NCBI GenBank assembly: GCA_002269645.1 | Contig: NIVC01002576.1 | Location: forward strand, 1-58,760 | Direction: 5' to 3' | DNA: 58,760 nt | Origin: Macrostomum lignano | Taxonomy: Eukaryota | Shown here: one piece after another, positions 1 through 25,240 of the stretch | Layout: every line of letters begins with the position of its first letter | Numbering within the stretch: the first letter of the stretch is position 1 | The notes under the pieces: generated by a model | The model's input: only the letters and a program-made list of their open reading frames with translations | What the model was told of the DNA's origin: nothing | Database searches by the model: none | Translations under genes and position numbers: made by a program

Positions 1-310
1 TTCTTGGATATAAATACATTTTGTCAGGGAATATTGATTCTTAAAAATCGAAACCAAAAAAGCTTATTCTTGAAAATTATAAATTTCAGAAAAGCTTTAT
101 ATTTTTTAAAGAATTTTTCAAAATCTATTTATAAACGGAAATTTCAGCTTAAAAAATCAAAGTTAAGCGAGTTTGTTAAGCCAAACCCAATGAATTTGGA
201 GTAAGATACTCAAACTCAAAGCCATGAATAAGTGTTTACTTAGTAATTTAGCGTATGGAAAGTTCTACAGCTGTTTGTTTTACTGCATCCAATAAATCCA
301 ATATTCGCAG

Positions 311-12494
<12,184 letters not shown>

Positions 12495-12630
12495 GGGGGG
12501 GGGTAGGCTACGTAGAGTCAAACTGAGTAGAGTGGGCGTCGCTTTTGTGTTAGGCTCTCAATGAAAATAGGTAGCAAAAGTACCTAACTGACGATTCCTT
12601 GAACCCGCCGCGCCCACCTTACTCCTCTGC

Positions 12631-12955
12631 CCACCCTGGCGCATTTTGGGCGACATTGTCCGGCATTACTGCCCATTCCACCGACTCCCCTGAGCAGGCG
12701 CACAAGCGCGCGGATACGTACGCAGTCATACGCACAGGCACACACTCACACAGGAGTGTACAGCGACCCTAACTAGAACTACAATTTTCACTTCACTGTG
12801 CCTTGTGGGTTTGGCCCTCAAGGCCGTTAATTGCACGAGCAGAGCCAAGCCGAGATTCCAATTCAGCCCCAAATTAATTGTGACTGCACTTGGAATCGAG
12901 CCTGGGCCGCTGGTACATCGGAGCACCGCGCTAGACCAAATAGGCTACGGGCCCC
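12631..12955 (-). mobile_element. tRNA-headed SINE, full-length-looking copy
   Basis: Head GGGGCCCGTAGCCTATTTGG (A-box-like) ... GGCTCGATTCC (B-box-like). Body matches the copies at 28547 and 39618. Confidence 0.75.
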
Positions 12956-13499
12956 TATCTGCCCACCACACTCACTCCAAACCCATTCCATACTCAATCT
13001 TGACCAATCGATCTTTTGTAGTTCTCAGCTGGACACAACAATTTTGCAGTACAATAAATCGACTATTTTTTCTAGCGGAAATCTAGTTTTTTATAGACGG
13101 CGAGAGAACAAAAAACTTTGTTTAGTTGAAGCACTTCAATCTTTATTTCATTTTCTTTGGATTCTTAAGCTTTCCAGACTTTTGCAAAAGTGCATAACAT
13201 ACTTTTGTGTCGCTTTTTTAAAGCAGCTATGCTTTTAGTCAACTTGTAGCTTTTCAAAGTTTAAATTATAGTAAGCAGACCAAATTTATGCTTGATACGA
13301 TATATCAACTGTTGATATATTTGAACTGTGTTCACACAAACAGTCGGCTTTTGGTCACGTGTTTTTTGTTTTCTTTATTGCGTCACAATTTCCAAACAGT
13401 TTACATGTAAACTGACTGCAACCTTTGTTCGTTTGTTCAATTGCACTGCTTTGTTATTTTGTGTTAAATATATTGGTTACCTTTTTATCAGTGGGGCAA

Positions 13500-14357
13500 T
13501 GATCCTTCAGTGGAGATCCGCCCCTACCCTCCCATCCTTCTTGGACATCCGCCTCCTACCCTCCCATCCTTCTTGGACATCCGCCCCCTACCCTCCCATC
13601 CTTCTTGGACATCCGCCCCTACCCTCCCATCCTTCTTGGACATCCGCCCCCTACCCTCGCATCCTTCTTGGACATCCGCCCCCTTCCCTCCCATCCTCAG
13701 TAGACATCCGCCCCCTATCCTCCTATCCTTCAGTAGACATCCGCCCCTACCCTCACATCCTTCTTGGACATCCGCCCCCTACCCTCCTATCCTTCAGTAG
13801 GCATCCGCCCCCTTCCCTCCCATCCTTCCGTAGACATCCGCCCCCTTCCCTCCCATCCTTCCGTAGACATCCGCCCCCTTCCCTCCCATCCTCAGTAGAC
13901 ATCCGCCCCCTACCCTCCTATCTTTCAGTAGACATCCGCCCCCTACCCTCCTATCCTTCAGTAGACATCCGCCCCCTACCCTCCTATCTTTCAGTAGACA
14001 TCCGCCCCCTACTTTCCTATCCTTCAGTGGAGATCCGCCCCTACCCTCCCATCCTTCTTGGACATCCGCCCCCTACCCTCCCATCCTTCTTGGACATCCG
14101 CCCCCTACCCTCCCATCCTTCTTGGACATCCCCCCTACCCTCCCATCCTTCTTGGACATCCGCCCCCTACCCTCGCATCCTTCTTAGACATCCGCCCCCT
14201 TCCCTCCTATCCTCAGTAGACATCCGCCCCCTACCCTCCTATCCTTCAGTAGACATCCGCCCCCTACCCTCCTATCCTTCAGTAAACATCCGCCCCTACC
14301 CTCCCATTCTTCAGTAAACATCCGCCACTACCCTCTCATCCTTCAGTAAGCACCCGC
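13500..14357. repeat. 32-bp C-rich minisatellite (about 26 copies)
   Basis: Unit gacatccgccccctaccctcccatccttcttg and variants. Confidence 0.95.
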
Positions 14358-15106
14358 CCTTCGAACGCTGCCTTAGTTATAAATGAGTTTGTGTTATCTA
14401 TTTTATTATTATTTATAGTTTCTAATTCATAAAAATTTTCTCTATTTGAGCTTTATCAGCAGCTTGAGCTTTTTTGTTGATCCCTGACGGCTCTACCCTG
14501 CCGTTTTCATTGGCTCTAATGCGTAAATATACGAGTATATAGTCTACCGATGCTTTAACTACTAATATATTGTATAAGTTTCTGATCTAAAAAGTAAAGT
14601 TTAGCGATGATCAACCAAGCAGTGTCTTTTCTAAAATCAATTGCATAGGCATGTATCCTTGGGCAATATCGCTATAGTCAATATGACGGTTTATCTAGTT
14701 TTTAGGTGCTGGATAAACCTGGTGTAACCACCGTCCGGATGATAGTAGCGGTTGCTAAAGTCGGGGGGCGGGAGTGGCGGGGTTCACAAACTCGAATTTT
14801 CACAATGTCGGCAGCACAATCCTTCACAAGGATAACAGCCACTTCCACCAGGTCAAAAACTTCATTAGCAACAACGAAATTTCACTACGTGGGAAACTTA
14901 ATATAACAAGAACCCTCTTAGTGTGGCCAAGGAGTGGCCAAGGACACTCTAACCATATAGACAGCTTAACATAATGGCTATTATTTTATATGAAATCAGA
15001 TTGCTTATTTTTGGCGTATTCCATCTGGCCGGCCGTGGTTGAGGGGGAGTGGGTGAGGGAGCAGAGCCCCCACTGGGGGTGTGGGGGCAATGCCCCCACA
15101 ATGGTA

Positions 15107-15712
15107 CCATAGACAAACTTGTATGTAGAAATTTCTCAAAACAGCTTAGGATTCTCATACAGTTAAATCCAAAGAGTATTGAGGTCGCCTAGTATAGAGT
15201 GCCAATAAGGATGAAAATCTGAAGCCGATTTTTAGAACCCACCCACCCCCTCCGGTCACCAAGCTTTTTAGTCTATGGCACAAGTTGTGGCTAGAATGGT
15301 GTACAAAGCCGATGCTCAGAAAGCCGATGACACTTCACACTTAGAAAATGCATGTATCAAATAAGCAAGACAACTCGCTCAGTAACCAGACTCAGTTGCC
15401 GTCGTCGATACACAACTTGTGCCATAGACTAAAAAGGGGGGCGCCAAGGCCAGAGTTGGTGATTGGGGGGGGGGCCACGGCCCCCCTTGCCCCCCCTCTG
15501 GCTACGCCCCTGAGCATACATGTAGAAAACTATTGAGAAGAAGCATTGTACCATGACCTTTGTGCCCGCTGGACACTTATTCTTGCCTTTCAATGCCATA
15601 GACTACATTTAAGCCCGCTTGCAGTAAAGAAATATCGAAATTATCGGACAGTCAATGACATTTAACGCCCGATTATTCTGTCCCACTTTGTCAAGGACAC
15701 AAATGTCTATGG
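15107..15712. mobile_element. Cluster of short CCATAGAC/GTCTATGG-bounded MITE-like elements
   Basis: ccatagac at 15107, 15422 and 15596; gtctatgg at 15271 and 15705; 25-bp perfect inverted repeat between about 15264-15288 and 15412-15436. Confidence 0.55.
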
Positions 15713-15722
15713 CACAATAATA

Positions 15723-16992
15723 TTAGGGTGAGTCAAAAGTTTCCGGAATTTTTTAGAATCGAACTTTTAGTTAATTTTTGTCTATGGAAAAGCTTAAAAG
15801 CAGCAACCATCTACTATGCTGTTGGCCAGCCTTATCATCACTCTTTAGCTTAACATCGCTCAGTTCCCCAGACCCTGCCTACTTAAGCCAGCAAACGCAT
15901 CCAATGGAACAGCCAAGAACTGAATGGCGAGCAATTCTGCTCAACCACTTTCATGCGGGACGCAACGCAGCAGAGGCACATCGCGAGTTGTTGCAGCTGA
16001 TGGGCCCACATGCACCCTCCAAGTCGTCGGTGTACGACTGGTTCTCTCGCTTTGCTGAGGAGAACTATGAGCTGAAGGACAAGCCGAGGTCAGGCAGACC
16101 CCCTGTTGCTGATGGCGATGCCGTTCTCCAAGCCATTGAGGACAATCCGGACTACAGCGTGCGCAAGCTGTCAGCTGCTACTGGGGTGTCCTGTGGCACG
16201 GTCCGGCGGAGCCTGCATGCTGCGGACAAGGTGCCGAAGAAGCCAACTCTGGTGCCCCATGAGCTGACACCTCAGCAGCTGAGAGCCAGGGTGGATGCGG
16301 CAACTTCGAATCTTCACCAGGCCGGTTCGCCAAACTTTCTCAAGTCGATAATAGCTCAAGACGAGAAGTGGGTCTGCTATGAGAACCCAAGCACATCAGC
16401 CGTCTGGGTCGATGCTTCTGAAGAACCACCCAGCTGCCCAATGCGGAACGCCCACTGCGGCAAGGAGCTGCTCTCTTTCTGGTTCTGCTCGTCTGGCCCT
16501 GTTTTCTGGGAGGTAGTCCCGCATGGCATGGCTGTGAACGCGGAGGTGATCTGCAGCGAACTGGAGCAGGTCGCCCGTTTGCTGCGATCCGTGTGCCCGG
16601 GACACCGCGACAAGGTGCTCCTCTTCGACAATGCGCGGCCTCACAAAGCAAAACTCACCCAGGCCAAGCTGGCAAGCCTGGGCTTCAGTGTTTTGCCCCA
16701 CCCACCATACTCGCCAGACCTCTCGCCATGCGACTACCATGTGTTCAGGTCTCTCCAGAGCTTTTGTGATGGACAGCGGTTCGCCAACAAGCAACATGTG
16801 GAGCAGGCAGTGCAGAAAGGGATAGATTCAAAGCCTGCGAGCTTCTGGAGGGAGGGGATTGAGGCATTGCCAGCAAGATGGGAGGGGTTCAGGGCCTTGA
16901 ATGGCAACTACATCACATCGCTGTAAACTGTTTGTTCTTGACACTTTGTTATAGTTTTAAATTGTTCAAATTCCGGACTTGGCTCACCCTAA
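15723..16992 (+). mobile_element. Full-length mariner element (1270 bp)
   Basis: TA TSD at 15721-22 and 16993-94; imperfect TIRs of about 30 bp (TTAGGGTGAG...CTCACCCTAA); intact transposase inside. Confidence 0.95.
15904..16926 (+). CDS. Mariner DD34D transposase, 340 aa, uninterrupted
   Basis: Likely start MEQPRTEW; HTH region SVYDWFSRF...RSGRP; LVPHEL linker; QDEKW, FDNARPH and YSPDLSPCDY with exactly 34 residues between the second and third Asp. Confidence 0.93.
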   Translation: MEQPRTEWRAILLNHFHAGRNAAEAHRELLQLMGPHAPSKSSVYDWFSRFAEENYELKDKPRSGRPPVADGDAVLQAIEDNPDYSVRKLSAATGVSCGTVRRSLHAADKVPKKPTLVPHELTPQQLRARVDAATSNLHQAGSPNFLKSIIAQDEKWVCYENPSTSAVWVDASEEPPSCPMRNAHCGKELLSFWFCSSGPVFWEVVPHGMAVNAEVICSELEQVARLLRSVCPGHRDKVLLFDNARPHKAKLTQAKLASLGFSVLPHPPYSPDLSPCDYHVFRSLQSFCDGQRFANKQHVEQAVQKGIDSKPASFWREGIEALPARWEGFRALNGNYITSL

Positions 16993-17171
16993 TAGTAATA
17001 CCCATGCTTTAAGGGCGTTAATGGGAAAATCAGAGGGCGCCGTTAGGTTACACTTACGTTAGGTTAACTTATAGTATTAATGTATATACTATTAGTTGTG
17101 CGTTATTCATTTACGCTTTTTGTCGTTTTCTATTTGCGACATCAAATCATCCCGGTATAGAAGTAGTTGTA

Positions 17172-17285
17172 CCATAGACTGCTGATTCCTTGCTGCAAAG
17201 GCGCCCATTAAACGTCAGTTAAATAAGCAATCGGATTTTATATTGAATCAGAGATGTTCGCCAGTGATTGAGTTTTTGTCTATGG
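17172..17285. mobile_element. 114-bp CCATAGAC...GTCTATGG MITE-like element
   Basis: Inverted 8-bp termini with TA on both outer flanks. Confidence 0.5.
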
Positions 17286-17904
17286 TAGCAAGGCCAATCA
17301 CAGACCAAACAGGTCCAATCACTGTTTTGTACTCAGGTTTCTCGTCATCAGAAAATGTATAATACCCACAAAAAGGCAATTTAGGTTTTTAAATTTTGTT
17401 AATACGAGTAATGAATATAAATTTTTATGTACACATGTATGTCCCCGGAAATTTGACCCGAGGCTTGGGTTGAGAGTCTCGGGCGCATTACCGCTCTGTA
17501 ATCAGCTTCAAACGCTCTTCAATTAAACCGAGTGATACGACATACGAATCATTGATTTTGGTTGGCTACTAAAAGTAGTGCGAATTCTATTAAAGGCGCC
17601 CACGCCTGGGGGTTGGGCGTGCGCTTTTACTGCGTGTACTATCAATCGTGATTTTGACTCTGCACGTGTGCTCATTTTCCATTGCTCTCCGCACGTCTCA
17701 GCTCTGTCGTGACTTTAATGTAACACTATAGGTTGGTGTTTTAGCCATTTGGGTTGGGGTGGGTGCTATTGAAGCTTGCTTATAATAAATCGTCTTGTTG
17801 TTTGTCAGTGAACTTGGCAAATGCAGGCATAGCTAAATTTGCGTTATTATCGCAGATATCCGACACATTTACAAGTGTTTAGATAATTCAGTGAGCCGAC
17901 AGAC

Positions 17905-19610
17905 ATGCTGACTGCCGACGAGACGCAGATAATTCTGAGCGGGTGGAACCAGGCTATGAAGGATGCGAAAGGCCTCGGTCTGGACATCTTTCTGACGTGA
18001 GAGATTGAATTTTCCCCTTCGGCAAACTACGCGTACATGTACACTATCTGTTATCTTTTTGACCTTCTGTGATCCTTTCTCATTAATCTGTTGTTGCTAA
18101 TCTCATTCTGTTCACCAATTTGCGAGCGTGTTCACCAATTTGTGATCCTGTTCACCATTCTGTGATCCTGTTCACCATTCTGTGATCCTGTTCACCAATC
18201 TGTGATCCTGTTCACCAATCTGTGTGATCCTGTTCACCAATCTGTGATCCTGTTCACCAATCTGTGATCCTGTTCACCAATCTGTGATCCTGTTCACCAA
18301 TCTGTGATCCTGTTCACCAATCTGTGATCCTGTTCACCAATCTGTGATCCTGTTCACCATTCTGTGATCCTGTTCACTAATCTGTGATCCTGTTCACCAT
18401 TCTGTGATCCTATTCACCAATCTGTGTGATCCTGTTCACAAATATGATCATGTTCACAAATCTGATCATGTTCACAAATCTGATCCTGTTCACTAATATG
18501 ATCCTGTTCACTAATCTGATCATGTTCACAAATCTATGACTATGTGATCCTGTTCACCATTCTGTGATCCTGTTCACTAATCTGTGATCCTGTTCACCAA
18601 TCTGTGATCCTGTTCACCATTCTGTGATCCTGTTCACCAATCTGTGTGATCCTGTTCACCAATCTGTGTGATCCTGTTCACCAATCTGTGTGATCCTGTT
18701 CACTAATCATCCTGTTCACAAATATGATCCTGTTCACAAATCTGATACTGTTCACAAATATGGTCTTGGTCACTAATCTGATCCTGTTCACAAATCTATG
18801 ACTGTGTGATCCTGTTCACCATTCTGTAATCCTGTTCACCAATCTTTGATCCTGTTCACCAATCAATGTGATCCTGTTCACCAATTTTTCTTCATAGCAA
18901 ATGTTACCAATCCGTTCTTGTTCATTATTAAATACGACTCTGTTCACAAGTCTGTGACCCAGTTCACCAATCTAATCCTCTTCACAAATCTAATTACTGC
19001 TTTTACTAATTTGTGATTTTGTTCACCAATCAGAGAACAGCTGCTTACAATCTATGATGCTGTTTTATCTGCCAGCGATCATTTTGTGATTATATGGTCT
19101 GATGCTGTTCGGTATAATTTTTAATCTTTGAATTAATAATGTTGAAATCTCATCCGCAGCCTGTTCGAGATGTTCCCCCAGCACCAGGAACTGTTCCGCG
19201 ACTTCAAAGGCAAGAGCCGGGCCGAGCTGGAGAAAATGCCGAAATTGCGGGCTCACGGGCTGCGGGTGGTCAACACGCTGGACGGCGCCATCCAGAGTCT
19301 GGACGACATGGAGGTGTGCGTCAGCTCTCTGGAGCTCATCGGCGCCTCGCACAAGGGCCGCAACATGAATGCCAGCCACTTTGAGGTTTCACCGGGTGCC
19401 GCCCTTGTTCACCAGGGATTCCATTGAATCGGATGTCGGCAAATTTTTTTAGTTCAATGGCCAAATAAATAATCCAGATCGTGGCTGCGAGTCTGATGAT
19501 AGATGAAGATAACAAGAGAACAGGAATACATGTAGAAGAGGAGAGATTAGAGAGGGGAAGGGGGTGAGAGATGGGATGAGAGGAGAGTGCGGAGAGTGGG
19601 GGATAAGAGT

Positions 19611-19669
<59 letters not shown>

Positions 19670-20743
19670 AGAGAGGTCACGGCGTGTTTAAAAAATAATT
19701 AGTTTAGTATGGGCTACCGGTTTCGAGCCTCTGGGCCAGATTGCTATTGTGAAGTTTCAAAGGACCCGATGGTCAGATAGAGAGGCTTTGCGGGCGGGGT
19801 ATGCCGAGCTAGTGGATGAAAAGACCTCCAAATTTCTACATCAGCCTAATATAGTGGCATCTTCACTTGCCCTCTATCCATTGCTGCCCCGTGATCTAAT
19901 TCAAATCTTTCACCTTTACTGCTACCTGTTCTGTCATTCTGTCTTTTTCTTGCTTACATATCTGTGCCATTACTGATAAGCAACTGCGATTTCTGACCCC
20001 CTGCACCTCGACTGTTGCTGCTGCTTCTCTCTTCTTGCGTGCAAATGCAGCTGTTTGGACAGGAGAAGATTCTTCAAGCAGACTGCTGTTTATGCGTTTA
20101 TAATTTTTAAACTGCATTCGGTTGAATACAACTCTTTTCTTCTAATTCCCTCCTTCTGATTCCCTCCTGATTCCCTCCTTCCGATTCCCTCCTTCCGATT
20201 CCCTCCTTCCGATTCCCTCCTTCCGATTCCCTCCTTCCGATTCCCTCCTTCTTATTCCATCCTTCCGATTCCCTCCTTCCGATTCCCTCCTTCCGATTCC
20301 CTCCTTCTTATTCCATCCTTCCGATTCCCTCCTTCTTATTCCATCCTTCCGATTCCCTTCTTCTTATTCATCCTTCCGATTCCCTCCTTCTTATTCCATC
20401 CTTCCGATTCCCTCCTTCTTATTCCATCCTTCCGATTCCCTCCTTCTTATTCCATCCTTCCGATTCCCTTCTTCTTATTCCATCCTTCCGATTCCCTTCT
20501 TCTTATTCCCTCCTTCCGATTCCCTTCTTCTTATTCCCTCCTTCCGATTCCCTCCTTCCGATTCCCTCCGATTCCTACACGCAATCCCACCTTTGACCCC
20601 AAACCCGCCCCGCTCCGCAGGACTTGAACAAGTCCCTGGACGTCGTGTTCACCCGCCGCCTTGGCGCGGCCTACACGGACAACAAGGCCGTCTGGATGAA
20701 GCTACTGGAAGGCGTCATTCCCGTAATTCAGCGCGGCATGTGA
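17905..20743 (+). CDS. Globin 1 (146 aa, 3 exons)
   Basis: Exons 17905-17996, 19160-19385, 20621-20743 (92/226/123 nt), with the ancestral B12.2 and G7.0 intron positions. Pro C2, Phe CD1, His E7 (RAHG), His F8 (ASHK). AATAAA at 20873. Confidence 0.95.
18110..19030. repeat. 20-bp minisatellite in globin 1 intron 1
   Basis: Unit ttcaccaatctgtgatcctg. Confidence 0.95.
20150..20575. repeat. 14-bp pyrimidine-rich minisatellite in globin 1 intron 2; an (AG)n run lies at about 19610-19672
   Basis: Unit ttccgattccctcc and variants. Confidence 0.93.
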
Positions 20744-21204
20744 GGTTGGCGCTGCGACCCATGCAGACACTGAAAATTATGACAGCAGACTTTAACTGGA
20801 ATTCAGCCATTAAGCTATTTAAATATTCAATACTGATTCCCTCGTATCAGATGAGACACGAGCGCTCACAGCAATAAAAAATCGGTTTTCACCAGCTGAG
20901 GTCAACCTTTGATTGACAATTTTTCTTGTTTCTCGTTGCGTTCAGTTTTTCGCTTAGAAATATAGCAAAACATTCTTACTTTCGTACTATAAGTAGACAG
21001 CGATGTAACTGAACTGTCAGAGAAGTCAACAAATTCCACTTGTCAGCCAGGGCCAACCGATGCCCTGGAAGGGGGACACAGCAAGACTGCGGGGGTTACA
21101 AAGGAGGCCGCAGCTTCTGTTCTTTGGTAACGAAAATTCAGTAGACAGCTCAAAGCAAACTTTGTCTGCAGTTGCTAACCAGAAAGCTATTCAAGAAGTT
21201 CGTC

Positions 21205-23041
21205 ATGCTTAACGAGGTTGAGAAGAAGATTATCTTGAGCGGCTGGCAGCAAGCAATCAAGGATAAGAAGGCCCTTGGAATGGACGTCTTTATGACGTAA
21301 GGGCAAATATTGGCACACTGGCATACAATAGCACACTGACATACATTGGCACACTGGCATACATTAGCACACTGACATACATTGGCACACTGACATACAT
21401 TGGCACACTGACATACATTGGCACACTGACATACATTGGCACACTGACATACATTGGCACACTGACATACATTGGCACACTGACATACATTGGCACACTG
21501 ACATACATTGGCACACTAGCATACATTGGCACACTGACATACATTGGCACACTGACATACATTGGCACACTGACATACATTGGCACACTGACATACATTG
21601 GCACACTGACATACATTGGCACACTGACATACATTGGCACACTAGCATACATTGGCACACTGACATACATTGGCACACTGACATACATTGGCACACTGGC
21701 ATACATTGGCACACTGGCATACATTGGCACACAGACATACATTAGCACACTGACATACATTGGCACACTGACATACATTGGCACACTGACATACATTGGC
21801 ACACTGACATACATTGGCACACTGACATACATTGGCACACTGGCATACATTGGCACACAGACATACATTAGCACACTGACATACATTGGCACACTGACAT
21901 ACATTGGCACACTGGCATACATTGGCACACTGACATACATTCACAGCACTGACTCACCCCTCATCATCCGCAGCCTGTTCGAGATGTTCCCCCAGCACCA
22001 GGAACTGTTCCGCGACTTCAAAGGCAAGAGCCGGGCCGAGCTGGAGAAAATGCCGAAAATGCGGGCCCACGCGCTGCGGGTGGTCAACACGCTGGACGGC
22101 GCCATCCAGAGTCTGGACGACATGGAGGTGTGCGCCAGCTCTCTGGAGCTCATCGGCGCCTCGCACAAGAGCCACCACCTTTCCGCGAAGCACTTCGAGG
22201 TGAGGCCCTCACTCCTCATCGCATCCATTCATCCCTCTCCGAACCCATTCACCCCTCATCGCATACATTCAGCCCTCACCACATCAATTCACCCCTCACT
22301 GCATCCATTCACCCCTCACTGCATCCATTCACCCCTCAGCGCATCCATTCACCCCTCATCGTATCCATTCACCCCTCATCGTATCCATTCATCCCTCTCC
22401 GAACCCATTCACCCCTCATCGCATACATTCAGCCCTCACCACATCCATTCACCCCTCACTGCATCCATTCACCCCTCACTGCATCCATTCACCCCTCAGC
22501 GCATCCATTCACCCCTCACTGCATCCATTCACCCCTCAGCGCATCCATTCACCCCTCACCGCAGCCATTCACCCCTCACCGCATCCATTCACCCCTCACC
22601 GCAGCCATTCACCCCTCACCGCAGCCATTCACCCCTCACCGCATCCATTCACCCCTCATTGCAGCCATTCACCCCTCACTGCAGCCATTCACCCCTCACT
22701 GCAGCCATTCACCCCTCACTGCAGCCCTTCACCCCTCACCGCATCCATTCACCCCTCATTGCATCCATTCACCCCTCACCGCAGCCATTCACCCCTCTCC
22801 ACACCCATTCATCCCTCACCGCAGCCATTCACCCCTCACCGCAGCCATTCACCCTTCACCGCAGCCATTCACCCCTCACCGCAGCCATTCACGCCTCCCA
22901 CTGCCCCGCATTCCGCAGGACCTCAACGCGGCCCTGGCTGTTGTATTCGAGCGCCGACTCGGCAAGGCCTTCGTGGACAACAAGGCCGTGTGGGTGAAGC
23001 TGCTTCAGGGCATCATTCCGGTCATCCAGCGCGGACTGTGA
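21205..23041 (+). CDS. Globin 2 (146 aa, 3 exons)
   Basis: Exons 21205-21296, 21974-22199, 22919-23041; same intron phases and heme residues as globin 1. Confidence 0.95.
21310..21940. repeat. 18-bp minisatellite in globin 2 intron 1
   Basis: Unit acatacattggcacactg. Confidence 0.96.
22215..22890. repeat. 20-bp minisatellite in globin 2 intron 2
   Basis: Unit gc(a/t)(t/g)ccattcacccctcacc. Confidence 0.95.
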
Positions 23042-23537
23042 AGCTTGGGCAGTTATCCTCGAGCCATGGATACCAAAATTTGAAAGTTGTCTAAGTTCGA
23101 ACCGAGTAAAAACTTTTACTGTTGACACTTCATAGTTTTTCCCCAAGCAAGACTTTCCCGCCTATTTAAGCACACAGCCTGTAGCCGACTATAAGCTATT
23201 TTTAAAGCGTTTTAACTAAGTAGAACTTCACCGTTTTCTGATCGCCACAAAATATTTTTGCAGCGCAACTGCACGCTTAGCTAATGAAACAATCCCCAAA
23301 TACTAGCTTCGCTCTGAGTTACCGAAATGAAATCGCAAACGCACATTTTCTCGCATGTGTAACAGTACGATAAAGCAAATAATTCTAAAATACATACTTT
23401 ACATACGCACATATTTAAAATTCAGACTTCAGAACTATATATTAAAATCAGTAAATAAAAAATTCGACAATTCTCAGAACATTAACATAAATATTTTATG
23501 CTCTAATTTTGTTATAAATAGTGAATATCTTTTGACA

Positions 23538-24267
<730 letters not shown>

Positions 24268-24879
24268 GTAGGCTGTCAGTGCTCGAGACTGCAGTCTCGC
24301 GGCCCTGGGACCAGCGAAAGCTGTAATTAGCGAGTAACGCGGTGCTGAGCGAACAACTAAGATTGCTAACGATGACATTGAGTGGTTTGAAAAAGAATTG
24401 TTTTTGTCTTCGTACAATTCTCATGGCAATTTAACGATGTTGCAGTAGAGAAGCTGGGAAACCAGCGGGGGGCAGAATAACGCAGTGAGCTGTGATCTTG
24501 TATTGTAGCCACTCAACAGTTGCTTGCCTTGGAGCAAAACATTCTTCACTTCCAGTCGAGGCAATTACAAGCAAAACCCCTTTGTGTGCCCTTCAGGCGA
24601 CTTGAGCGCAAGTCACGTGACTATTCTGCTTAAACTGGACTTGCTCGGTAAACATCATCCATCAAAAATGTCGGCCATTTCTTTTCTTTCATTTCACCTT
24701 TTCTGTACTTTTTTTGAGAACGGTTTTCGAATTTCATTTCAGACTTTTTTCTGCTGTAAACTTTGAGCAATTTTATACAAGAGCCGAACGAGTGTATAGC
24801 TCTCATCTTGTTATTTATGCATCCACTCTCTATACCTCTATCCAATCTCAACCCCTCTATCCACTTTCTGTCCCTCAGG

Positions 24880-25240
24880 ATGACATTGTCTATCCCTGTC
24901 CATCCCTGTCTATCCGTGTCTATCCCTGTCTTTCCCTGTCTGTCCCTGTCTATCCCTGTCTATCCCTGTCTATCCCTGTTTATCCCTGTCTATCCCTGTC
25001 TATCCCTGTCTATACCTGCCTATCCCTGTCTATCCCTGTCTATCCCTGTCTTTCCCTGTCTATCCCTGTCCATCCCTGTCTATCTCTGTCCATCCCTGTC
25101 TATTCCTGTCTATCCCTCTTCCCTGTCTATCCCTGTCTATCCCTGTCTATCCCTGTCTATCCCTGTCTGTCCCTGTCTATCCATGTCTATCCCTGTCTAT
25201 CCCTGTCTATCCCTGTCTATCCCTGTCTATCCCTGTCCAT
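24880..25240. repeat. (CTATCCCTGT)n 10-bp array
   Basis: Same unit recurs at 28040-28490. Confidence 0.95.

Noticed and set aside
12880-12955. tRNA gene
   Set aside because: Has A/B-box-like motifs but no convincing acceptor stem or cloverleaf, and it continues into a multi-copy body; treated as a SINE head.
13328-14317. 329-aa Pro-rich extensin-like ORF
   Set aside because: Coincides exactly with a 32-bp minisatellite; no splice or domain support.
15778-15903. 42-aa N-terminal extension of the mariner ORF
   Set aside because: Starts at a non-ATG codon near the TIR; Met at 15904 gives the usual mariner length.
17333-17352. CTGATGA-CGA-GAAAC hammerhead-like core on the minus strand
   Set aside because: Only 3 nt between the core halves, so stem II cannot form.
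20873-21205. Globin operon resolved by SL trans-splicing
   Set aside because: Spacing is short and an acceptor precedes the ATG (21170), but a TATA-like element (about 20987) and a possible 45-nt 5'UTR intron explain it equally well; undecidable without 5' reads.
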